A stretch of 42,315 nt of DNA, taken from Hyphochytrium catenoides (Eukaryota > Protista > Hyphochytriomycota). The stretch is from positions 1-42,315 of the forward strand of contig FLMG01000782.1 of assembly GCA_900088475.1 (NCBI GenBank), written 5' to 3'. A model generated the notes under the pieces. It had not been told where the DNA came from, did not search any database, and saw nothing but the letters and a program-made list of their open reading frames with translations. The translations under genes and the position numbers were made by a program. This document shows positions 1-14,164 of the stretch, piece by piece (the stretch's first letter is position 1; every line of letters starts with the position of its first letter).

Positions 1-347
1 ATAGACCCTGTTTTGGCGTGTTGGTTTCCCTCGGGTGTATGGCTGAGCCATGTGTTTGTGCGTCCAGTAGTGTCACTGAATCAGCAGCATGGCGTCTTCC
101 CGCTAGCCAATTTGTTTGTTCCAAGTATATGTGGATTCTTATTGTCAAGAAATCGAATTTAGTACAATGTGAAGGTTTTATAAAGGATCTACAAGGTGTC
201 CAAGGAAGCGACACACAGTTATTTATGCATAAGGGGAAATAAAGTCGAATAAATCTTTTTATTTTTGTATCAACAATTGAGCTTGAGAGTAGGAAGTGTG
301 AGGAGAGAGGGAAGAATTTAAAATTTCGAGGTACGACCAAAAAAAGG

Positions 348-410
348 AGAGGGAGAGAGAGAGAGAGAGAACGAGAGAGAGAGAGAGAACGAGAGAGAGA
401 GAGAGAGAGA

Positions 411-451
<41 letters not shown>

Positions 452-465
452 AGAGAGAGAGAGAG
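348..465. repeat. Compound (AG)n/(GT)n microsatellite
   Basis: Long GAGAGA run with an embedded GTGTGT tract, directly visible. Confidence 0.95.
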
Positions 466-989
466 AAATGGAAGTGGAGTTAGAGACAAAGACAACACAG
501 AAAGACAGCGGGGAGCAGGGCACAGTGAGAAAGGAGAGAGGCAAAACCAAGAACGCGAGGAAATGAGAGAGGAAGGTACATGAAGAGAGAAACGAAGAGA
601 TTGCATGCACAGGCAGCAGATCTGGGTGGAGTGGGAGAGACAGAATAGCATGAAAGAAGGGCCTATGGCTGGTAAGAGACAGAGCGAAGCCTCTTCAAAA
701 CGAGGGAGAGAGAGACATAGACTTCACTTGGAGAGACAGAAGAGCGAGGGTTTAGGTCGCTGGCACAAGGAAGGCAGGAAAGGGCGCCTCTGTCGCGTCA
801 ACTGCGGCTCTTGATTATGGGGGAAACTGAGGTAAGAAAGGCTAAGGATTTGGACAGATGATGACAGTAGGAAGGCTAGTGTTGAGCGATGGCGCCTCAG
901 CGTCTTGTCTGTCAACTGCAAGGGCTGATGAAGATCCTCCCGCTAGTTAGCAGTGAGTAGTTGAACCTCCTAGTACCTGAATGCAATGA

Positions 990-1104
990 GGAAAGAGAGA
1001 GAGAGAGAGAGAGCCGAGAGGCGAGAGAGAGACAAAGAAAGGAAAACGGAGGAGGAGGCGTCAGAAGGCTCATCATAAGGCTAATCCCCGGCAGAGAAAG
1101 AGAG

Positions 1105-1157
<53 letters not shown>

Positions 1158-1218
1158 AAGGAAATAAGAGGAGGAGGACGTCAGACGGCTCATCATAAGG
1201 CTAATCGCCGATAGAGAG
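990..1218. repeat. Imperfect tandem duplication, period 120 nt (AG tract plus ~45-nt unique unit)
   Basis: CGTCAGA(A/C)GGCTCATCATAAGGCTAATC at 1059-1086 and 1179-1206, each preceded by (AG)n and GAAAGGAAA. Confidence 0.85.
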
Positions 1219-1704
1219 GAGCGTGTCGGTTGTGTCACAGGCGATGTGATGCTTATCGCACAAAGAAGGGAGGAGGGAACATAGGGCAGGGTAAGACGAG
1301 TAGGTACAAGGAGTGGGTGAGGGGAGAAAGATAGAGAGACAGCGAGAGAGTGCACTGAAGGAGGATGTGGCGAGCTGCACTAGCCAGTAAGCTCCGCCCT
1401 GTTGCGCGGGAAGCTCCTAAGATCAGAAAGCTCATCTGCTGCCAACAGTTAGAGAATCTAGTGAATAACCTTTATCTCTTCTCTCAGAGACACGATCCTC
1501 TCCTACCAGGAGCGTCATCCCTTGTGCCCGCTCACCAACGGCTAAAGATGGAGACAAACAATGAGAGAAAGAGAGAGAGAACTGAAGAAGAGACAGGGGC
1601 AAGTCAAGGTCCCCCGTCCTCCTCCAGTCAAATCCTCAGTCAGACGACAGCAATGCTGTTCCGTCATGCTGTTTCTAAGCTCAGGACTTGCTCTCTCTCT
1701 CTTG

Positions 1705-1756
<52 letters not shown>

Positions 1757-2393
1757 TCGTTTATCGTCATATAAGATGTTAATACGACCGATACGACGTT
1801 GCCTCGTCGTGGGCTTCTTGAGCTCTCCACATTGTCCGCCCTCTGAGCTTTTCCCGCTCAATGTATCATTTCTAGCCCATCCTTTTCTTCGTCAAGAGTG
1901 TTATAAGAGTCTGCCCCTCATCGCTTGTCGGTCCCTCTTCTCTCTCTCTGTCTCTTCAACGTTTCTTCTCATCTCTTTAGGCAGAGCACTAGCTTTGGCA
2001 GTGAGTCTGTCTCCTGTTCTCTACTATCTCGGTTCACGCTCTTCTCACCTCATCACCATGATCCATAGTAGTGATTCTTACCGTCTCCTCCAAGATCTTG
2101 TCAGGGACCGACAAGGATTCATTGGTCGAGGAACCAAAGTCATTCCCGGCGAACTGTAAGCTCACGCCTTCCAACCCTTTCCCTGCCTTATCCTCTCTCT
2201 CTCTCTCTCTCTCTCTCCCTCTCTCTCTACTCTTCTCACTTCGCAATCCGCAAAATCTTGCTTAGAAGCGGAGCGGCCGCTTGTGAACCAGAATCAAAGA
2301 AGGAAGGCGCTTTGTCTTGGTGTCTCTTCTTCGCTCTTCAGCTCTCACTTATCTCTTCTCTCTTAAGCCTCAACTTCTATCTTAAGCTTCCCC

Positions 2394-5300
2394 ATGGAGA
2401 TCGAAGCTTCTCCTTCTGCCCTGTCGCCTTCTGCTGAGGACGAGACAGTCGGCAGCTACCTTCCTATGGCTCTGTACCCTCTCCGTCACTCCGGAGGAGG
2501 AGCACCTCGCCCTCCTACGTTAACAAGAAGGCGAAGGACCTCCTCCTGCGACCCTTCGCGCACGTTCTCCCTCCGTCGGCCACGGACGTCTTCTCTCTGC
2601 GGTTCTCCCAGTGACCAGAGGAAGAGAGGAGGGTACAAACAACCGCGTATAGACAGCGAGGAGCCCGTCAAAGGTATCCTAGCTCCTCCTAGACTGCTAT
2701 GCTCACATGTTCACGTTCTTCACCTCTCCCATATCTACTTTTTATCATGGTTAGGACTAACTCCCTCTCCTCTCTCCCTGAAGTTGGCTCAGAAGCGTCG
2801 GCAGCCTCTTTTCCCCGGAAAGGCAAAGGCTGGGGAGGTCGTCTCTCCTATCGCTGGGGCCATGCTCTGTCTTCTCCAGCCAAGAGCTTGTTGAGCAAGT
2901 TCCAGAGCAGCAAAAGGAAAAACAGGGTAAGGCCCAGAGACGAACAGCTCTCCCTTGCTCTCCAATAGGCTGTCTTCTTACGAAGCTCTTGCCCTATGTC
3001 AGAACTCGTATTCCAATTTCGTGGTGCCATCGACAGTGAAGATGCCTGCAAAGCTTCTCTTGGCCCTTCAACGCGGGCTCCAGGACAAGCGAACGGCAGG
3101 AAGAGTGTGCTCTGCCTCTCCCTACGTCAGCATTCATCCTCGCAGCACAGGTAAGAAGAGAAGGAGAGCGAGAGAAACGTGGTGGTTGAGACTGTGTTGG
3201 CCGTTCGTAGTCTAACCTCTTGCTTGTCCTCCACTAATCAGAGGTGAGAGATCCCTTGACCATCTCTGTGGTTGGAGCGGAGATGGCGAACGGCTTCGGA
3301 GAAGCAACAGTAAGTTCCTTCTGCTGAAAAGATCTTCTTCCTCTTCTGGTCTCGCCCTCTCTCTCCATGCTCTTCATGATCCCTCTTCCGTGTCTCCTTT
3401 TACTCTATTTTTTCTTTGCTCTGTGTCTCTCATCCGTTCTTCTGCTCTCTTTCCTCGTTCATACAACTAGATTATTCTGTGTCTCCCTCTCCCATGAGGC
3501 CTAACGTTCAGCTTCGTGGCAGCTCTATGTAGTGAAGGTAGTGGACATTAGGACGGGGACTCGATGGACTGTGAAGAGGAAGTTCAAGGATTTTTATCGC
3601 CTGCGAAGAGAGGTAGAAATTAGCGTTTCTCTACCAAGTGTCTCTCTGTCTTCTGTCTCTTTTTTGTCTCTTTATCTTTGTCTCAATTTTCTCAGTGGTC
3701 CTCAACGTCACATTGTCTCTTTCCCCTCTGACATGACACGTCTGACTCTCTCTTGTTCTCGCTCTGCAGCTGAAAGTCTTGTACAAGCGCTCAGGCGGGA
3801 GCCGCAGCGATCCCAATGGACAGTTCCGGCTGCTTCTCTCTCTTCCCTTTCCGCATCGCTTCTCCTCTCCTTCCTCTCTCTCGTCTCTTTCTTCTCAACG
3901 GGCAGTGAGACAGCGGATCCGCCAGTTGAACCTCTTCTTGAAGTACCTGGCGTGCTGGGACCTAGTGCATCAGAACTATGTCAATGCAAGGAAGATGATG
4001 GAGAGGATGATAGCGTAAGAGATACTTCTACTTCATGGACGTAACCTCTCTCCCGCGCTCTCTTTCTCTTTCTCTCTGTCTCTCCTTGCTGCCTCTCTCT
4101 CTCTGTCTCTCTCTTCTCTCTTCTCTTTGCTCCTTTTCTTAACTGTTCCGTGTCCGTAGGCCTTCAGAGAAGTTCCTCGTCAAGCTGAGGGCTACAGAGG
4201 AAGCCAACGTAGGAACGAAGCGATATGAAGAGAGTCCTGAGAGAGACCTGGAGCTCTGGCTCTTCCGAATTCTCAACAATCCTTTCTCTAGAGAAGGAAG
4301 AGCCTGTATCGCCTTCTCTACCGCCTTTCTGCAGCATTGCGCCAGCATTGGGGAGCTTGGGGAAGAGATAGAAGAAGGAGAAGACGAGGAAGATGACGAC
4401 GGTGAAGGGGATCTCTCTTCCATGGTTGCTAGTAGTATATCTTCCTCCTGCTCTACAATGATGATGACAGAAGGAAGGATGTCCTCTTCCTCTTTCTCTG
4501 CATCATTCTACAGCTACTCGAAGACCATCATAGCTGCAGGAGATGAAGAAGGAAAGAGAGAGAGAGTTATGGAGCTCTTCTCTCAGCTGAGAAGGGAGGA
4601 CCTTCCCCTGGAAGTCAGGAAGGTGATGACTCAAGTAACGGAGCACATTCTCTCAGCCTTAGAGAAGCCTTTCTACACAGAGCAACATGCTCTCGGAGAG
4701 GGAGAGCAAAGTCCTCCCTCTCTCTCTCCCCTTCAATGGGAAGCTGAGAAGAGAAAGAAAGGAACACAGAGCAATCAGTGCTATGAGCTATTGAGAGACT
4801 CCGCCATGGTAGCAGTGGAAGAGGCTCTCTTCTTCCCCCTCCAACCGGTACTGCTCTCTCTTCTTCGCTCTTCTTTCTGTCCCAAGGAGGCCGAAGAGCT
4901 GCGTCACTCTATGGAATGCTTAAGAAGAGCGGACCAGGACTACTTTGGCATCTCTAGGCTCTATCAGTCTCGAGAACAGAGGGGAGAGGAGTGGGCAGAT
5001 GCCGTCCGCCTGCTGAAATGCATGGACCAGGAAGCACTGCCGTCCCAGAAGCTTAAGTATCTCCTTCTCTCTGCTCAAGCAATCTTTAGAGAGGTCCGCC
5101 TCTCTCAGTGGCGGCAAAAGAGAAAGGAAGAAGCAGAGAGAAAGGCGGCAGAAAAGAAAGAAGCGGAAGAGAGTGGGGACGAAGCAATGAGACAGACTAG
5201 CAAACCAGACTCGCAGAATGGTGGTGATTCTTCCCCAACTGAAGCTTTCCCTCCTCTCACCTCCTCCTATGCGGACCTCTCCGCGGACGACTTCCTTCCC

Positions 5301-5666
5301 ATCCACATCTTCGTGGTCTCTCGAGCTAATCTTAGGGATCCTCTGGGAACTAAAGCAATGCTCAACCTGATGATCCACCCAGAGAAAGAGAGGGGAGAAA
5401 TTGGCTATTTTCTCACTCTCTTCGCGGTTGCTCTTCAGTATATTACCGAGCATAAGCGAGAGATTGAGGAGAGATGGGGAGAGGAGGAGAAGAGTGCAAG
5501 AAGGAGGACTCTTCTCGCCATGAGTGGTATTGGCACTCTTCCTGGAGGAGATGACTGTATCTTGGGAGGCGGAAGAATAGCAGAGGAAGGAGCAAACTAT
5601 TCTTTCCTCACGTCTCTTGCTGCGGACGCGGACAGCTTCTGCAAAGGGACAATCTTCTTCCTCTAG
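2394..5666 (+). CDS. PX-domain + VPS9-domain protein (Rab5-family GEF), multi-exon; 5' exons uncertain
   Basis: Spliced exons ~3242-3309, 3523-3612, 3770-4014 give LTISVVGAE..LYVVKVVDIRTGTRWTVKRKFKDFYRLRRELK..LPFP..RQRIRQLNLFLKYL (PX signature). The last exon ~4161-5666 has LPSQKLKYLL..LSADDFLPIHIFVVSRANL..GEIGYFLTLFAVALQYI (VPS9 signature with the catalytic Asp in SADD). Confidence 0.85.
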
Positions 5667-5991
5667 CACCTCCTGCTGACCTTCCATCCCCTTCTTAGTC
5701 TTTTCTTCTATTTTATTTGTTCTGCTTTCTATGTGTCCATGTGTGATAAGAAAGTGTAGGGTAGGAGTAGGAACGATAGCAGTAGATAGTGTTGGCGAAA
5801 GACAGAGAGTGCAATGGCAAGGACAAAAAAGAGAGAGAGAGAAGCAGGACTAATATCGCTAGGGTACGTAGGAAAGGAGACACACGCATTGGTAGGTTAG
5901 GAGAGAGTCATAGCACCGAGCATAGAGAGACAGAGAAAGTAGCAGTGGCTGTAACGTAGAAGAGAAGAAGAGAAGCTGAGCTTGTATCCCT

Positions 5992-6021
5992 AATGTAGTC
6001 TATTAGAATGTAGTCTATTAG
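5992..6021. repeat. Perfect 15-nt tandem duplication AATGTAGTCTATTAG x2
   Basis: Directly visible between the convergent 3' ends of the VPS9 and carbonic anhydrase genes. Confidence 0.9.
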
Positions 6022-6372
6022 CTGTAGGAGGCGTACCATAAAGTCCATAAAGCCGAAGATTGATATGACAGAAGGGGACGGGGTTTATATCTGCACTCTA
6101 TCATATAATAAGCCCAGCACGACCTCTCTCGCTTTCTCACACTCTCTTTCTCTTCCATTCACTCTACCTCAAGTTTCTTTGTGTGTCTCCTTATTTCCTC
6201 TTGTCGTGGTTGCTATCGATGTCCTCCTATCCAGCATTGCAGCTGATCAATTCAAAGATCTCTAATCTCCCCCTGTCTCTCTCAAGAGTGATCATCTCCA
6301 CTACTTCCGATCTATGAGTGTCCCGACCCTCGTCGACTGACAAATAGCTTCGTAAGCGTTTACCTACTGGGC

Positions 6373-8399
6373 TCACTTTGGGGGAGACTCTCCCTCATCT
6401 TCCTCGTAAAAGAGGCGGTAGATGTGGTCGTAGAGCTCGTCCTTGTCCTCTTCCTTAGTGTCTACAAGCTGAAAGAGACAAAGGCGAGCGGGGGAAGACT
6501 TAGTTGACTGGGTAAAAGAGGTCATCGTGAGACTGTAGAGGGAAGAAGTGAGGGCTCTAGAGCGTCTTCCTTTGCAGCTTAACCCGAATTCCGGGCTTCT
6601 CTCTCTCTCTCTCTCATTACCTCTCAATTAGTCTCATATGGAGGCGTTGCTACCTGGCTGCCGGCTGTCCCCTGTCTGTTTTTATCTTTATTTTCTTTGG
6701 CCTACCTGCAAGAGCCCATTCGCTACGTCGTATATCAATCCATGAATATGAGGAAAACCTCCCCTTTCCTTTCTCTCTCTCTGTATGATGGAGTTTCTGT
6801 AGAGGTTGGCACACTGCTCTTTAACGTTCAGTTCCACCAGACGCCTCCTTCGCTCTCCTATGTCTGGAATAGCAAGCAGCTCGTCGTGATACTTCGAACT
6901 CACTAGAGACGAACAGACGAGAGAGACAGCAGAGATTAGAGTTATGCGAAGGGCTAGCTGTGCCCTCAGTCTCATAGGACAGCTCTTGCACCTTTTTCCC
7001 ATGTGTCTCTATGGGTCTTGTGTGGGACGACAGCTACTTGTGGCTCTATTTTTCTATCTCCTCCATCTCAGTCCTCTTGTTTGTAGAGTACTTCCTCTGC
7101 CCTTGATTCTCCAGACTCTCTCTTTCTCCTGCGCCGCGTCCACTCCCTTCGAAGCTAGGTGTCTGTGCTTTCCTTTTTGTCTTTCTCCTTCATATGGATC
7201 AATAAGGTTTCTCTCTTCCTCTCCTTTCTCTTACCGTCCCTAATATTTCTCAGCCAATGATCTATCAGCCCTAGCTCTTTGTGCTCCAGTGCTGCTGCCA
7301 CACCGCCGCATCCATAATGCCCGCACACGATAATATCGTCGACTCTGAGAGTCTGCACGGCGTACTGCAGAACGGAGAGAAGGTTCAGATCAGAGTTCAC
7401 CACCAAGTTGGCGATATTCCGATGAACAAAAAGTTCTCCGGCCTCCAGACCTGGAACAGGATACGCATGAGAGTGATGACGACAATAAGAGAAAAGGGCT
7501 AGATCGGAGAAAGAAATAGCGCTGGAAGGGCCACGCTACGGGCAAAGACGTTAAAGATCAGAAGTAGGGAGGAGAGAAAGAGAGAGAAAGACAAATCATT
7601 GCATCAGGCGCGCCTAGTAATCGAACCAGAATGGTCAAAAGCTATAGGGAAGAGTAAAGAGGGAATGCTCCTCGGTCGCACCAGTGATATCGTTGGCAGG
7701 CACTCGACTGTCGCTGCAGCCAATGAACAGAAACCGCGGGGTTTGTCCCTGTTCTAGCTTCTCAAAGTATTTCTTGTCCTCTTGGAGCTTCGTCCGCACC
7801 CACCGACGGTTTCCCTCAAAGATCTGCCGTAGTTCCTGGCGAGAAATGGCTCTGTTGATGAAGATTTTAGATGGAGTTCGTAAGGGAAGCTTACTTGCTC
7901 AATGGGTGGAGAGTAGCATGTGAACGAAGAAGAGATAGAACGAGAGAGGTAGGCAGATTAGCTCAGACAAGCTACGGGCCAAGAGACCTGCGTCCTCGTA
8001 TTATCAGAGGCTGACAGACCCGTAAGCAACGCTGATGCTGTCTGAGTGCTCTGCTTGGACACCACTGACGCAAGACTGAGCGTGACAGTGGGTTTAAACG
8101 AGAGTGAGAAGGAGAGAGTCAGAGTTAGAGAGGTATACAGACGGGGAAAGGAGACCTACCGGTGAGGGTAAGAGAGAGAGAACACGAAGCAGAACCTCTC
8201 ACCTGTGATCCTCTTCCTCATCTTCTACTTTTCGAGCTTTTTTATCGTCTGCAGAGGGAGAGCCTGGATAAGCTGAGGAGGAACAGCGGCCCACTCGAAG
8301 CTTAGTCCCTCCGCGGGTGAGTGGCAGAAAGAATGCCGGTGCCCGACAGCCCAGGGCTGCCACCGGAATGACCCGTTGTAGAGCTCTGAGGGCCGGCAT
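6373..8399 (-). CDS. Beta-class carbonic anhydrase, about 5 exons, with an N-terminal mitochondrial-type presequence
   Basis: Exons join to [32 protein letters not shown]|[53 protein letters not shown]|..[27 protein letters not shown]. The zinc ligands in CSDSR and HxxC are intact. Confidence 0.95.
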
Positions 8400-8791
8400 T
8401 TATGGTCCTCCTGATGGATGGTCGCAGGTCTTGGATTGCTCTTTCTCTCTTGATATCTTCCGTCCTGAGATGGAAAGTCTGTCCAACTTTTGCTGTTCCT
8501 GCAGTATCCCACTCTCGTCAGCTCTTCCCAAGGCAGGTCGCTTAACTGCAATAACGCACCTGGTCCTAAGCATATGATGAACACCCGGCTGCTGCTCTTT
8601 TGTGAAAGATTAGATGTCAGAGACCTTGCTGGAAGAGATCGCTTCTCTTTTTCTCTGCGATAGCTGATGTGAGGTGTGGAAGGAGAGAGGCTGCGCGCAA
8701 GAGAGCATAGAGGGGATCGAAGGCGACAGCACAAAGCTGCGCGGATACAACCCGGGAGAGGCAGAGAGACAAAAAGAGAGCGAGTGAGAAA

Positions 8792-8795
<4 letters not shown>

Positions 8796-8846
<51 letters not shown>

Positions 8847-8893
8847 GAGAGAGAGACACAGAGAGAGAGACACACAGAGAGAGAGAGAGAAAG
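8796..8893. repeat. (AG)n microsatellite
   Basis: ~100 nt of imperfect GAGAGA repeat upstream of the carbonic anhydrase ATG. Confidence 0.95.
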
Positions 8894-9884
8894 AGGGACG
8901 CTGCTTTGAAACCACCTTGAAGATTGTCCGAGATGAGAATCTCTCTCCGAGCCGGTAACAGCATTACCGACTCAATACCGAAATAGACGTCTACTAAATT
9001 CGGTCTCTCTAGCCAGGCCAACCTCATCCTCACGAAAGGTCACACTGTTTCCTCATCAGACTGCCACCGGAGAGGTGGTCCCATGATCTCAATGAGTTGA
9101 TGGGACAAGCAGCAGGCGTAGCGGTGGCCAAGAGAGAGGAAGGCGCGTCGCAAGCATCATGCTTGCTTCAAGACTGACAACAGCAGGAAGGAAAGGAGGA
9201 ATGCAGGCGAACAAGGAGAGTTGTGAATGCGAGAAGCAAACCACAGCAATCACAGCCCCAGCGAATGAATTTTGAGGGAAGTGGGAGTAAGAGGAAGAGG
9301 GCGAAAGGGATGAGAGCAAAAAAGAGAGGAGACAGAGAGAGGGGGCGAGAGAGGGAGAGAACGGAGGAAGAAGAATGGGGGAGCGCAAGCGGGATACGAA
9401 CCGATTCTTTTATGGGGGATAACGGGCAGGAGATAGCCGGGGGCAGAAGGGAGGGTGGATTGAAAGAAAAGGAAGAAGAGAAGACGACTGGGAGACAGAA
9501 GTGGGGAAGAGAAAGAGACAAAAAGAGGGACAGACAGAGAGAAAGTGGAAGAGAGAGATGAGAGACAGACGTAGGATGATGGATCCTGGACGCAGATCCT
9601 TTGCCAATCTTGGCTTCTATGTCGTTTCGCATCCTAAACAATGTCAGCGAAGTGGTCAACGGACAGATGATGCTCAGAGTGAGCGTGAGTCTTAGCTAAG
9701 GTGCACCTGTGTCCTGGTGAGAGAAAGCTTTCACTGAATGAGTTATGATTGATCCTACAGAACAGAGAAAGAAAGAAAGCAAGGTTAATACCCTGGAAAC
9801 CAAGTACTAAAGAAATGTATGGATAAGAACAAGGTCTGAAGTTTATGCCTGAAGATTGAGGAAGGTAATGACTGTTTAATCAAG

Positions 9885-9935
9885 AAGTGACTCTTCTTGA
9901 ACAGTGACTCTGGAGCCTAAGTGACTCTTGAACTC
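9885..9935. promoter_or_regulatory. Three AGTGACTCT motifs at 17-nt periodicity (candidate bZIP/AP-1-like sites)
   Basis: AGTGACTCT at 9886, 9903 and 9920. The regulatory role is inferred only. Confidence 0.3.
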
Positions 9936-10121
9936 AATGAGGCGACACAAGGGCAATGGCAGAAGTTCAAAGCTAACGGTAACGCTAACAATCGTCAGGT
10001 CCCGCGTGGCCCTATAAATGAGTTGGTCTGCCTCAAGCTGTAACATGTGAGATATGATAATATATTTAGTGTGAATAGTTTGAGAGTGAAAGATGGTGGT
10101 TTGTCGGTCCGTCCGCCTCTC

Positions 10122-13789
<3,668 letters not shown>

Positions 13790-14164
13790 TCAGACAATCT
13801 TCAAGCCCAGGACCGATTCTGGCGGGAAACTCCAAAAGCACCCTTGATTCGGGATAGATCTTGCTTTACCGCATTGATTCGGAATAAGAGGGGCTAAACG
13901 CGCCGCATTTGGCGCGAAATGTACACTGTATGAATGTCAAGGAAGATCGTGTCATCAAGTGCCGCGCTGTCAAGATGGTCAGAAGGCTCTCAGACGTCGC
14001 TGGCTGGGGGAGATGAAGAATGTGCCAGCACCAGAGCGCGAAGGAATCTATAGGACTAATCGCCAGTCTATTGTCATATATATAGCATGAGCTGTCCGGC
14101 TGTCTTGGGCTAGTATTATGGCCAACCTCGTGGCGGCTGCTGATCTTGGGGAAGCGATCACTAT

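Noticed and set aside
259-2265. Long ORFs rich in LSLSLS/ERERER (259-651, 912-1355, 1365-2159; likewise 8225-9659 and 34503-35009)
   Set aside because: These are translations of (CT)n/(AG)n microsatellites, which lack stop codons; no domain signal.
2674-2754. Intron starting GTATCCTA as a possible U12-type intron
   Set aside because: The donor deviates from RTATCCTT and there is no TCCTTAAC-type branch point near the acceptor.
2892-2894. In-frame TGA after Cys in the 5' part of the PX-VPS9 model (possible selenocysteine or readthrough)
   Set aside because: The region is low-complexity with no redox motif and no SECIS identified; alternative splice choices or a later start explain it more simply.
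4920-5687. 255-aa antisense ORF over the VPS9 exon (also 33635-33952 and 24285-24644)
   Set aside because: Shadow ORFs opposite well-supported coding exons.
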